A stretch of 62,438 nt of DNA, filler included, from Choristocarpus tenellus KU-1152 (lineage: Eukaryota; Protista; Phaeophyceae): assembly GCA_964200185.2 (NCBI GenBank). It is 13 parts of 13 records of this genome, joined end to end, with 100 filler letters (N's around TTAATTAATTAA, not from the genome) between each part and the next. Parts side by side here need not be neighbours in the genome. Positions count along the whole stretch, not along the records: positions 12,677 to 17,491 come from CAXNAD020012953.1; positions 17,592 to 20,240 come from CAXNAD020025968.1; positions 20,341 to 25,735 come from CAXNAD020010924.1; positions 25,836 to 33,293 come from CAXNAD020006120.1; 9 more parts are not named here. The stretch is one strand, 5' to 3'. Both the position numbers and the translations under genes were made by a program. Under the pieces are notes generated by a model, which did no database searches, had not been told where the DNA came from, and saw only the letters and a list, made by a program, of their open reading frames with translations. Each line of letters opens with the position of its first letter. Within the stretch, counting starts at the first letter, position 1. Of this stretch, positions 13,753-26,612 are shown one piece after another.

Positions 13753-14087
13753 CTTGGTTCGGCTACCTCTGATTTTGCCTCGTTTAACATTAAATTAACA
13801 CCATGCTGTATGTCATCGGGGAATAAGATAGTCACCATACCTTCTTTTTTTTTTGCTCCAGCAGCTTGGTCCGGCTACCTCTGATTTTGCCTTGTTTAAC
13901 ATTAAATTAACACCATGCTGTATGTCATCGGGGAATAAGATAGTCACCATACTTTCTTTTTTTTTGCTCCTGCAGCTTGGTCCGACTACCTCTGATTTTG
14001 CCTTGTTTAACATTAAATTAACACCATGCTGTATGTCATCGAGGAATAAGATAGTCACCATACCTTCTTTTTTTTTGCTCCTGCAGC
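13753..14087. repeat. ~112-bp tandem repeat, 3 near-identical copies
   Basis: Unit starts at 13753, 13865 and 13976. Confidence 0.95.
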
Positions 14088-14660
14088 AGGACACTGGTAT
14101 CTCAATATTTGGCAGAGGAGTTCAGGGCCAATAGTTTTTATTTTTATGCACCTTAGGAGATCTCACGCCTCGCTATACATACCTAAATGCAATATTATGG
14201 GCCATTCGGCCTCACTCCGGGTCCTGGCATAAAATCCTAACCCCATCAGCTAGTTGATGGTGATGATCTCGACTATTACTATCATTATTATTATTATTAT
14301 TATTATTATTTGCACACTATTTGATCGAAACATTTCCACAACCTCCAGCCCACCTAGCCCCTTGAAACGTGGTCAGATGGCAGTACACACTGAACTTCTT
14401 ACGTTTTTTCTACCCTACAAACCACCTGTTACACTAGACCCTGCATACCTTGTTTTTCTTGCAAGTTGGATTCAGTAGTCCCCCACCACTTGTTAATCTG
14501 CCTCCTCCCTCAAATACGGTGCGTACTCTCTCTGTCCGAAATGAACCACTACCATCTAATTCTTTCCGCACCCTCCTTTTTGAGGCATAGCGCAAGATAG
14601 TAACATACATACCTGTATTCCCAAGTGGAATATCGAAGTCTAATTTCTTATGAAAAAAAC

Positions 14661-14736
14661 TGACCGTTGCGACCGGGTTCGAACTTAGATTCTCCTGTGA
14701 CAGAGTATTATCCATAACCACTTAACCTACATGCAC
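14661..14736 (-). pseudogene. Degenerate tRNA-like sequence (tRNA-Asp GTC-like pseudogene or SINE head)
   Basis: The minus strand has an A-box-like TAGGTTAAGTGG, loop CT-GTC-AC, a B-box-like AGTTCGAACCC and a downstream T-run. The stems pair poorly. Confidence 0.55.
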
Positions 14737-16163
14737 AAAACATCCGGAGCTGATCTTTTCCTGTATTAAATGTATCCAGTCCATATCATACTCCCCCCCC
14801 AAAAAACATCCTTTTGTTGAAGTATGACGTACAACTGAAGTATGCGATAAGATTTTCTCAACAGGGGGAGGAAGCTTGTTGTAATTTACTGCATGCCCAC
14901 AATTAAGTGGGGGGCATTGAATTCTTGCTGGTGTAGTGATTCTTCAGAGTAAATTGATTTTCCTATTGATTTGAGGTGTTTTGGCTGCATTACAGCGATG
15001 CTGCTCTGAACCACTATCATATTAGAAGATATATACATATCTATTTTTTTTCCTATATATTGTTGAGCGGTTGAAGAGTCACACATGATCTTAGGGCTGC
15101 ACAAAATTTGTGATGCCACGAAATATTAGGGCCTTACACCAGACAATGTAACTGTAAAAAGATAGCCTTTTCAAATTGGTTTGGTCCAGAGCCTTGGAGA
15201 TTATGGTGGGGCCAGGCTGTGGGCTGACCCAGGTAATTATTTTTTGGCAAAGCTGGGTGAGACTTTCAGAGGTTTAGTATGGCTGGACCAGTTGAGACAT
15301 TTTTTGACAAGGTTGGGGCTGGGTCTCAGCTGGACTCAACCTGATCAGATGGGTTTGTGGTGAGTTATGATATTACTGTAAGAACAAGTCTTCCGAATCT
15401 CAAACTTCAGAACATACATATATATATATATATAAATATAGGCATAAACAAGCCTCGCACGAAGCCAAGCCAGCGGGCATGTATGGAAATTAAAAAGAAG
15501 AACATGTACTCCAAGCCTGCGGTTCTCATCAGGTAAAAAATGTATTAACAGGGCTTGACCAGGGCCTCAGGGATGAATGAATGTATAATGGGCTTGCCTG
15601 ATTAAATGCCAGTTCAATGATGTGTATCTATGCTCAATAGTGATCCTATCAACAAAAATAATAGTAAAAAGGATTGATATTTGATAATAGTACGGTTGAG
15701 GCGGTTGCAGGGTCAATGCATGCACTGTTAACTCAATCATAAAATGAAACCATGGCATTAGTGACGTCAATTTTTTCTTTGGGTACAAAAGCCACTACAC
15801 CACCTCCTCCAAAATTGCGTCGTTAATCTCATTGTTATGACCATCTTATTGTTCTCGATTTTTTTGCGTCTCTTTAGTTCTAATTATATTTTTATCATTA
15901 TTTCGACAATAAACATATAAATATATCTGCGTACAGGAGAAGTAGTATTTGACCCAAAGTAACTGAGAGGCAGGCAAGGTTGCATTTCAAGGGTCATGAG
16001 AAATGGCCAAAAACTAGTCACTTCGTTTGAGAAGTATTTTTTTTCATATCAGATTCACTTTCAACAGCCAATAGTCTCAACGATTCCCATGCACTGTGGA
16101 AACTGTCCAACCAGGTGCTTACTCAAAGGAAAGTTCAGGAGGTGATCAAGCGCCCTCTTCCTG

Positions 16164-16300
16164 AGAACACGCCTCCTTATGCAAGGTAGAACACGCCTCC
16201 TTACACACACGCTAGAACATGCCTCCTTACACACAGTAGAACGCACCTCCATATACAAGGTAGAGCACGACTCCTTACCCAAGTTAGAGCTTGCCTCCTC
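16164..16300. repeat. Minisatellite, ~24-26 bp unit with AGAACACGCCTCCTTA core (~6 copies); a 20-bp tandem repeat lies at ~16742-16805
   Basis: Direct inspection. Confidence 0.85.
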
Positions 16301-16360
16301 TCTTCTACGAGTTTTTTCTCCCTGTAAAAAAAACATAATTATTTTTCTCCAGACTGTGTG

Positions 16361-16409
<49 letters not shown>

Positions 16410-16555
16410 TTTGCATTGACAGACTTCTGCCTTCACATTTTTTTTTATGCCCTTACTCCTATTTGCACGTACAACTGTACAGGCGCACGTGTGCATACGT
16501 ATGATGTTAGGTTTCGAAATACTTCTTAGCATACATACATATACATATACGGGTA

Positions 16556-16591
<36 letters not shown>

Positions 16592-18467
16592 AATATATAT
16601 ATATGCTACATGTATACAACGTGTCTGAATTAGGGTTAGGGTTAGCAGTTATTTTTTCTTCTTCGGAGTATCATTTTGCTGTTGGCGGGTGAGTCAGTCC
16701 AAATCCGTAACACAGCACTAGTTTTTTGTTTTGTTTCATATTGCATTGTAGTCATTGCCATACTCCATTGTAGTCATTGCCATACTGCATTGTAGTCATT
16801 GTCATCCTTGGTCTCATGTGCTGATCCTTCTTACTGCAGGTATCTCTTACCTTTATGCACCAGTAAAAAGCGAGAAAAAAACGCCTCCTTAGAAACACAC
16901 ACATGTACACGGATTTAAAAAAAAAATGGTCAGAAGAGAGAGAGAGAGAGAGAGAGAGAGGGACAAAGAGAGAGAGAGGGAGAGAGAGAGAGAGGATGAG
17001 ATTTCAGTTCACGTACCCCCCTCCATAATGGATGTAGCGAACAGAAAAAGAAATCACGATGGCTTGAACAGAGGCTACACTCCCCTCTGCTACCCTGCGT
17101 AGGACCAAACAAATTCTTGTGATTGTTACTGTTATTATTATTGATATTATAATTACTATATTTTTCTTATTATTTTATTATTGCTATTATTTCTTATTAT
17201 TAGACGTAAACGAAAAAAAAACACACCCAATTCCTCGCTCTCGATGTGCTGTTGCATTCACTATTCCATTTGCTTTTAAAAATGGTGTCGTCACAGACTT
17301 CATCCTAACCTCTTTAATTTTGAACAGAGACCTGCAGAGAAGTAGTCTTTTCGAATAACCTCCTACCTAATGATCCCTCCTTGGTCAATGTTCCCCCCCC
17401 CCCCTCCTCTGTCTCTTGGTAGGGGCACAGGGTTACAGGTGGTTCGAAGTGTGCTGAAGGGGGCAGACCTGACAGAGGTGGAGGATGAGACNNNNNNNNN
17501 NNNNNNNNNNNNNNNNNNNNNNNNNNNNNNNNNNNTTAATTAATTAANNNNNNNNNNNNNNNNNNNNNNNNNNNNNNNNNNNNNNNNNNNNGATGAGAGG
17601 GTTCGTGACAAAAAAAAGGTATAACCACTCTTCACGCTGACAAAAAAAAGGTATAACTCCTGTCCGGTAGGAAGTTGGAGGAGATACAGTCCTTTCCACT
17701 CTGACAATCACATTCTCAATAAAAATAGTACAATACCGTTCATTTAATTACCATTCACTACATGCAGGAGGAGGGGGGTCGGGGTCGGGGTCGGGGTCGG
17801 GGGGGGGGGGGGGGGGGGGGGGGGCGGGGAGGCCTCCCCCGTTAGTATAAAAAAAAAAAAATTATTTTTTTGTATAAAGAACACTTNNNNNNNNNNGGGG
17901 GGGGGGGGGGGGGGGGGGGGGGGGCAAGCATGGAGGTCTACCGCATTACATGTACAATCAAATTTAAATTTTCGTATATGCAGAGAACTTCCATTGAACT
18001 AAAGGGATGCACTAACCAACTCCAACATCAACACCATCGAACAAGTGTGTATTCACAGCATATGACAGGGGGAGTACAACTGAAACTGCTCTGTAGCACA
18101 CACACCGGGGCCACTCACCAGATGAAGCAACACAGATGAGGGGAAGAGAGGACAAGAGCCCATAACTATAGAGACTACTTACATTAGGGTTGAGGCTCTG
18201 ATGGATTTGGGTAGTCTTAAGTAGCTACAGTAGAGAGGTCGAGATGCAGTGTGGGTGCATTCTATATTGTTTGAAAAGTGTACGTATATTATATATTATT
18301 TGGTGCCTTACATCAAACCGAGCTCTGCTACTACTGAATATGACCTCAAGGAAGGAAGGACAGTCAGATTATGTGCCAACGGTAGTGTGGTGATGACACC
18401 CGCGCGACAGTCACTTCGGAAGAAAAATGGTAATGTTTAAAAATGGACAGAAAAGCATCACCATTAC

Positions 18468-19675
18468 CTCCTTGTATGTAAGATCCAACGACAGTGCAGT
18501 TAAAATTTGACCTGACCAGGAAAAACAACTTGGGGTTTCATTCCATACCCTAACGGCCTTGATGCGCGGTCGCAACAAGCGCAAGGGTCAACTTTCTCTA
18601 ACACAACAGATTATTCTTCTTTGATACTCGTTCGATGCAACCCTCTCCTTGCGAGCTCACCAGATATGGTACGCATTCCCTTCTTCAACAAAGTTGCCCC
18701 GGACACCGGGCTCCTCCACATTCACAAAAACAGACCCATCCGCTGGGAATCCATCCCCGTCCTCGAAGCCCGAAATTGTCACCTCCGAGCATGCGTCCTG
18801 CGCCGAGGCTGAGGAAATTCAACCAGGAAATCGAAGCAACACGGGTTTATGGGGTGAGCAATAATGTGTCAAGGTTGAGAGCATAAGTGCAACCAGTTCT
18901 ATGGGGACGGAAGGTCAAGAGGAAATGATCTTGATGAGAGAGATTGACAAACTGATGAAAATTGTGCACCCTTGAAAGGGCTACATTGCTGTCTACAAAA
19001 TTAGCGACCAAGGGCAACACTATCTTGGGCTTGCCAATTTACTCTAGAGGTGGACACCATGGCGTTGCTTTTGTCTGTACCTTCCTTCAATGTCTTGTTC
19101 TGCACACCTCACGCGAATAGTCGATCTCCCACCACAGTTAATACCAACCATGGTGCAACGAAAAGAGGGAAACTCGCACCTCATCCCATTTTTTAAGAGA
19201 CAACAACTTAGAGTTCCTCCAAGAGAAATTTTACAGGGGTCCAGAGAGAGAAACAATGAACCAAAGTCATGGAATACACCCTTCATAGCGAATGGGGATG
19301 GATGAGAAATGACCTACGAAATGAATATAGACAGACCTATAAAATTGTGGGCCACTTAACGGCAACATTTTCGTGAAAGCAATTAGACCAACCGAGTGAG
19401 CATTTTCGACTTGACAGAAATAGTGTGATAGGGTATTGCCGTAATACAATTGCCAATTTTCAACTGGATAATCTCCATCGGCGTGCCTTGCAACTCCAAC
19501 TATTACTAGATAATGTCCCTGTAAACTCTTTCATTCAAACAATGGCCATCTTTAGATTGCAAATCAACAAACGAAACAACAACTCACCGACTCTGATCCC
19601 AATACCAAGACAGAACAACGCTGTGAGTATCACCAAAGCTGTCCCTCTCGGGGAAGGTGACCTTCCAATACCCAT
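18468..19675 (-). CDS. Secreted protein of unknown function, 5' part (exons 19675-19588, 18808-18661, 18511-18468)
   Basis: Phase-consistent GT-AG splicing gives MGIGRSPSPRGTALVILTALFCLGIGIRVASAQDACSEVTISGFEDGDGFPADGSVFVNVEEPGVRGNFVEEGNAYHIWSNFNCTVVGSYIQG. The hydrophobic signal peptide ends in ASA-Q. Confidence 0.7.
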
Positions 19676-21427
19676 CTTCTCTTTACTATTCCAGTGTGTT
19701 CAGTGTCGTTGTGCAAGTTCTCCACTCTTCCTCTTCCTCTATTTGCACCGATCCGTCCTTCTAGCTCTCACGCACCCAAACCACACATGTACACCCAAGT
19801 ACACAGAGAAACACCCAAGTTGTTACACCTTGTCTCTTCAGACCTGGGTACCTGTATGTTACCAACCAGAACCTTATCGTATCAGTTCACAGAGAATTTC
19901 CGTTCCAAGTTCATCTGATTCTATTTTTCAGTTATACAGTACCAAACACAAGATACAACCCAAAGTTTATCTTCCTGACAGTAGTACAGTGGAGGTATAA
20001 TTTACACTATATAGTCTCACGTACGTACCGTACCGTCTTAACTTATTGTCAATGTTTCTGAAAATATCAAACCCTACATAATGAACTCTGTAATAATAAT
20101 AATAAATACTATGCAAGGATACAATTTTAAGGCATGATTGTTACAACCCCAGTAGTATGTATAACCGTATGTGTTAAACAGGTGGAAACAGCCGACAGGT
20201 TCTTCGTAATGAAGGGGAGCGGGAAGACCCACAGGAGGACNNNNNNNNNNNNNNNNNNNNNNNNNNNNNNNNNNNNNNNNNNNNTTAATTAATTAANNNN
20301 NNNNNNNNNNNNNNNNNNNNNNNNNNNNNNNNNNNNNNNNGGTTACAAGTGTGATGCCTGACATCCCATTTTCATGTCCCAAATTCTTATAACCCCCATC
20401 CAAGAGTCTGTAGATGTAGAATAAATGACCCTGTGGATAGATGTACTGCCATTGAATTGGAAAATGTGGGGATGTGGATATGCAACTGAGAAAACTTCTC
20501 GTGGAGTCCCCTTTGATTTTCAACAGCCCCCCCTAGGATAGTTTGGATTGCACTGTTATGAACATGAACATGAATATCATACATCTCCACCAACTACCTT
20601 TTTCTTGTGATCAGAGATTGGGTATCTTCAAGGTTTAGCTGAGGCCTTAGCCCAAAAGATTCTATGTGTAACCAATGTGGTATCCCCCCCCTGCCCTGCC
20701 CCACCCCACCCTTTGCCTTAAAAGGACAATATCCCAGACCCTGTGGAGCAAACTACATTACCTACCATAGACAAAAGGTATGAAGAGTTACTTTCATGTT
20801 GTTGATAAGAGGTATAAAGAGTACTATGATGTATGACTCTTCGTGTGTCTTAATCTAGTGTTGGTGAAGGATAGTTGATAGTTCACAGTATTCTTCCTTG
20901 TATAGGGTATTAAATGATTTGATGCAGTGAGTTGTTGTAGAGGGATGTTGTTGCCTTGAGCAATGTAGATTATGTTTTGCTCATTGAGACCTGTCTTCCT
21001 GTGATCCCACCTACCTGGTAGGTACCATCTGCAGATTTTTAGTTCGTATGTGTGTACTTAAGTATGTGATTATGTGTGTACCTTAATTATGTGCTTATGG
21101 ATGTACTTGTAATGTTGGGAGCAGGATACTTTTTTTCTTTTTTGAACGCTTGTACGTAAGTAACTTATCCATTTTAAAAATTGAAAGTTTTATGGGACAG
21201 GCTGTGAGTGCTCAAGATGGCATCGGATTCTCATTGCCTTTTGTGGTGCTGATTCTCAATATGACTTTTGAGTTCAAAGATGTTCAGTAGGTTTCTTTTT
21301 CATGGCAATAACTATAATCCCTACTAAAGTATTTTTTTGCCTTTTTCTTTTTTTTCAGAAGTGAGAAAAAAAAAACTCCACAAACTGTTCAGATGTTCAG
21401 ACTGATGCTGAAGAGAGTAATGGACAC

Positions 21428-21687
21428 AAGTCAAAGTATCTTAGAGGGTAGAGTAACGTCCATTTGGGGGCCAAACTCCTATATAGGGATTTTGATGTAA
21501 TTTTGGCTATTATGTTTGTTAGGAAGTGTCAATATCCTTGTTGCAGATGCACCTTTTCATAATGTACACATTTTAACTACTCTGAAATATTTCAGAGTAG
21601 GAAAAATGTCATAAAAAAAACTGTGGAAAGCCAAGCCCCAAATGGACAAACAGGGCAAAGCTCGTACCCTCTAAGATGCTTTCATTC
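21428..21687 (+). mobile_element. MITE family A copy, 3-bp TSD CAC
   Basis: TIR (A)AGTCAAAGTATCTTAGAGGGTA ... TACCCTCTAAGATGCTTTCATTC, with CAC on both sides. Confidence 0.9.
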
Positions 21688-22297
21688 CACAACAGATGTA
21701 TGTTGAACCTCTTAAATGACAGTATAGTATTAGTCAATGAATGCATTAGCGCATCCAATGTGATGTGTGTTTGTGTGTGTCTTCCAATCATTGTTTTGTT
21801 ATTTGGAGAGGGTACAATATATATTAGCTGTGATTGGTCTTGATGTTGATCTATATATATAGGGATTTTGTATTGGTGCAGGTGATAGATAGTATGTGCA
21901 TGTCCAATTATGTAGATTTTGTACATACATACTCAGATTGTTTCGCAAGAGAGGCATTATCTGTGTGTGTGTGTTGTGTGTTGGTTCAATATAGGAATTG
22001 AGTTCTTCACCGAGTGTTGAGAAGGAAATTGATACATGGGTAGATTTCTTGACAGACAGAGATGGTCCTCTTGATTGGACGGGTTGTTACTCTTTGAAGA
22101 TGAAGTGGGGTAGAATGTAAAAAGTCACCGTTACACTTGTGGCTTGACTGCACACACACAAACCCTATCTCCGAGATTTTGCCCTGTTATTATTCCTTGC
22201 TGTTGAAATTTGAGATTAATGTTGCCCTTGTGTCCCCCCCCCCTCCCCGCACATTTGTTGCTGATGATTGTTTTAATTGTTTTAATTATTCCTGAAG

Positions 22298-23101
22298 CCG
22301 AATGGTGCAGTTCAAGAAGAGTGTCATGGAAGTGCTGCAGAAGGGGGTAGAATGGTGAGGTCTATTTTCTATCTATGAGATACACATTCTTGCCCACTTT
22401 GGCCTGGTTTAGTGTTAGGAGAACTCAGACTGATGCCTTGGGATCCTTAGAATGGAACTGTTGTCTACCTCTCTATTGGCTTGACTGTTGATGTCCTCCT
22501 TGAAATAAATGCTTACTCTTGATGTCAATAGATCATATTGAACAGCACATTTGAAGCAGAGGGGTGAAAGCAAAGGAGCAGAAGAAAATTGGTGTGAATA
22601 AATAGGCACATTAGATCTAATTGTTTGTATTTTGTGAGTTTGAGTTGTCACAGTAAGGGGGTCGGTTGTGTGGTTAAATGAGGTTGAGGTTAGGGGCCCT
22701 TATGTTAAAATGTCAAAGGTATTGTGTGGGTTCAAGGTTAGGTCGGGGATTTTTTCAGTTGAAGATCTCTTTTTTTTGTTTTAAGAAAGGGGGAGGCTTG
22801 GCATGGAATCAGTCCGCAATCAAAATATTTTTGTTTCTTTTTCCTTTTAGTAACTCTAACTACCCTCTGTTGTTCCCATGCTGTATTCTGTTTGATTGTA
22901 TGGGATGCATGCTCTTGATGTATGTAACATGACCTGGCATTGAACAGCATGGACAAGGAGAAGCTTGTGATGAGAATCAATGCGTCGTTGCCCTTGTGTG
23001 AAGCCCATTTTGGTGATGTGGAGGCAGGGGCAGCCCTCATGCAGATGGACAATGACAACCATATCTTTGTTAGTGATACTGGGGAGGTGCACATAATCTA
23101 A
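22298..23101 (+). CDS. MCM3: Last two exons (22298-22354, 22948-23101) of an MCM3-like replication licensing factor (C-terminal winged helix)
   Basis: The spliced peptide RMVQFKKSVMEVLQKGVECMDKEKLVMRINASLPLCEAHFGDVEAGAALMQMDNDNHIFVSDTGEVHII* resembles, from recall, the MCM3 C-terminus (R..F...L.....IN....F...E..AAL..M..DN.....G....I*). Splice phases fit. Confidence 0.65.
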
Positions 23102-23555
23102 AATTTTCGTTTGCATCATCTGTTCCCTGCCCCCTTTGCTGACTGGGTGTGGTGGTGAAATGGTAGGGACACATCTCCGCGACAGATTTGGGTTGAGTGG
23201 GGAGGCAGGTAGGGAGGACAAGGCGTTTACTGTGTTGTATAGGCACCCTTGTCCCTTTTAGGAATCCCTCTGTTCAGGTCTTGGCTCTGCTGGCCTTGAG
23301 TTGGCCTTGGGTTCATGTTTGTGCCCAAGATGAAACCGAATTTCTGTCCGTGTTTTGTGTATAGGTACTTCACTTTATGCCTTATTATTTTGGTGTTTCA
23401 CAACTGAGATTGGTGATGTACACGCATGGTTGGGGTGGGATGTGGATCCATTGCAAGCTTGTTATTGAAGAGATGTTGTCGTGTGCGGCGGGGGGGAGGG
23501 GGGNNNNNNNNNGGGGGGGGGGGGGGGGTGGTGTCTTTGTGTGGTGGTTTGTGGT

Positions 23556-23596
<41 letters not shown>

Positions 23597-25553
23597 GGGG
23601 AGAGGTGGTTCCATTGGTGTACGAAATGTCGTGAGGCAGCAACAGAGTGCAGTGCATGAGTCAACCTGAACTTGTGAGGACTGTGGACCTTACATGGGAT
23701 GCCGTTCTTTTTGTAGTTGAGCAGGAGGGGTGTTGTGTACTGAAGAGAGTTTGGAAGGAGATACTGGGTTCATATCAATGTTAGGTTTTCGTTTATAACA
23801 GTGTTATCTATGTATGACTTACTTTATCATCACCAAAGTACTGCTTTAAAGTATGTGCTATTTCTACTGTAGCATTTTTTTTTCTTACAGAAGTACCTGG
23901 AAGAAAGTGAACACATTTTTTTTTTTAGAAGCATGAATTATATATGCTATATAGTAGTAGAGGTATGACTACAGGTACGTGTTGGTGTTCGTGGGTGATT
24001 GTGATGGTGCATACTATTCTGAGCTGTACTATACTATGCAACAAAATCTCATGAAGTACTCAATTCACAAGGTCTTGCTTATGATTACGATGATGTGAGG
24101 TTGTAGAGGTTTTCGATGAAGGATGAATAGTTAGCAATGAATTAATCAAAGAGAGGTGTCGAGGTTTGTTAGAAATAGGTTGGCGTTTCATGTATGACTT
24201 AAGTCTTCCAGCTCTCTCTCTCTCTCTCTTTCTGTTAGTGAAGTTAAAAGGTCAACAAAGATCAATTAATCTTTGATAGTAGTACTCTATGGTACATCCC
24301 CTACGCAAACTGTGTATCTGGCTGCTTGTGTGGGGTGTGGGGGAGAAAGAGGTCAGTCTTGAAGTAATTTTAGGGTATTTTTGCAATGGGACTGCTTGTG
24401 GTGAAAAGCAGATGTTTGATGTTTGATCATGTTGAAAAGGACACAAGATGGCTGCTTTGTGCTCATGAGGATCGCTTTTGTTTAAGACTCTGCTGCATTC
24501 TATTGTGGCTTCTGGCAGGACATTTAGAGCACATTCTACAGACTCTAAGGGTAAATGCATCTGTGCTTCTGAGGCCCGATGTAGAGGGTGTGTGCTTTTT
24601 TGTTTTGCAAAACTCCAAGTTGTGGTGGTTATTGTTGACTTTGACGATCATCGCGTGTTAGATGACGTAGAATTAGACGCCCTTTGTATGGCACTGGAAG
24701 CACATGAGCTTCCAAGAATGAGGAGGGAATGACCTAGAAGACATGTTGTATAAAGTATAGTGGAAGAACGCTCTAGTGCTACTTCGAGAGGTTTTGGCGT
24801 GAAAGGTGAGATACTGTGAGAATTAACGTTCACGATGCAATCGTTCGCCCTGCGACTTCATTCAGAACCTTATTTTTTACAGTCTTGGGATAACTAGCAA
24901 AATCGTTGATGTTCCAGTTAGGGTTGTTGGTCTATGAGTTTACAATAATATTTATTTTTCGCTCATTTTCTTCTCTCATACCGTACACAGTAACAAACGT
25001 ATTCTAGACATATATGCAACACATATTTTCATTTGTACGTTGAACAAGTTGATCAGATGGTTAACGATCTTTCTGTTCTATGAGGCAGCTATTTTGTTTG
25101 ATTTGGTAGGAAAGGTTACAGGATTCCGGTGATGGTGATGGCCTCTAAGGCCATTGGGTGGCAGTATTGATTGTGGATAGTATTAGCAATAGTGTCTTCC
25201 CTCTTGACTTCCCTCTTTATAGGTGCATGAACGTTTTTCTCTTTCCTTTTTCTTCATTTTGTTTCTCTAATATTTTTGTTAGTATATAATTTAGAGTATT
25301 CATCGGTATTATGTGGTTGTTTTTCTTAGTATTTTTATTTTGTTAACTAGTTCAATTCTGCGGCTACCTTTTTGGGCATGGAAGGGCTTGGCAACTCACG
25401 ATATGCGACAAGAGAAGAAAGAAATAATGATTAAAAAAAAAATCCCAAGTACATAACAGAAATTGTTGCAGATCTTCAGCATTACCTCTATTAGATAAGA
25501 GATTTTCTTATCAAGACAAATAATGGTGTTCCATGTTCCTTACGCATGTTTGG

Positions 25554-25727
25554 AATTAACAGCCGATTTCAAAAATTGAGGATGGGCTTGACCCAAAATT
25601 GACTGGGATAGAGTGTCGATATATTTATTTTTTTTAATGACAATACAAAAAAAAAAACATATCGACACTTAATCCCAGTCAATTTTGGGTCAAGCCCATC
25701 CTCAATTTTTGAAAACGGCTGTTAATT
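25554..25727. mobile_element. Fold-back element / MITE: ~80-bp near-perfect inverted arms with TTAA just outside CAGCCG...CGGCTG
   Basis: AATTAACAGCCG.TTTCAAAAATTGAGGATGGGCTTGACCCAAAATTGACTGGGAT..AGTGTCGATAT is mirrored on the right. Confidence 0.85.
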
Positions 25728-26612
25728 GCTGTGTANNNNNNNNNNNNNNNNNNNNNNNNNNNNNNNNNNNNNNNNNNNNTTAATTAATTAANNNNNNNNN
25801 NNNNNNNNNNNNNNNNNNNNNNNNNNNNNNNNNNNCCCTCATGTTAACGTATCTTGGGGGGGGGGGGGTCTACACCGGGGTGTCTATTCGGACCCTTCAA
25901 TGAGAAGTGCACTTATGTTACCCATCTGATGCATACAACCAAATCACCCAAAAATTGCGACATGGAAAAATGGGCCCCGAATGGGCAATTGCCACACACC
26001 CCCAGATACTTTGAGGCCTGGGTTTGTCGAAGCTTGGGTAAGGTGTGACTGTTGGGGGTTGGTAGATGCCGACCAGTAGAAATGATGTTTGTGAAAATTG
26101 GACACCAATGCTACCAACATTGGCTATTGGAATAAACCACTTTTTGTGGTTTGATGAGAATATGTTCAACTCGAAACAGATTCTATATTGTATGGGGGGA
26201 CTGGGGATGTGCTGACTGCACGGTAGAGGGTCAGGTTGCGGGGATGGAAGGGATGGACTACAGAGGATAGTGGGATTGTTGTAAGTAAGGATGTGGGTCC
26301 GTTGACCCTTTGATCCCGAGCTATTCAAGTCGATAGCCTGCTTTAATTACATCGTGAAGGCTTGGTTGTGCATCAGTCCCACTTTCCTGGTTATTGTTTA
26401 GATCGTTCTAGACAGTATAGAGTGCCTTGAAGTAGATGTGTAAGCCCTGGTACACGTTTCTCGGCTCAGATTAATCTGCTGAGGGTGTGTTTTGGTACAG
26501 AACACTTGAGAGATTAACTCATTGAAGAGAAAGACATCATGTGAGTACTCCGCTTTCACGACATACTAGAAGCAAGCCAACCGTATTTTTGTGCATAATG
26601 TGCTGTTGGCAG

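Noticed and set aside
13753-14087. Tandem exon-intron array (each unit has GTATGT...poly-Y-CAG)
   Set aside because: The putative exon is 55 nt, so splicing shifts frame into a stop.
16164-16300. CRISPR-like array (constant 16-bp core plus variable segment)
   Set aside because: The variable parts are only 8-10 bp and resemble each other. There are no cas genes and the context is eukaryotic, so this is a minisatellite.
24252-24320. Tyrosine recombinase motif HSLRRG (also HSLRI at ~46815)
   Set aside because: These are isolated short matches without the other catalytic Arg, His/Trp and Tyr context.
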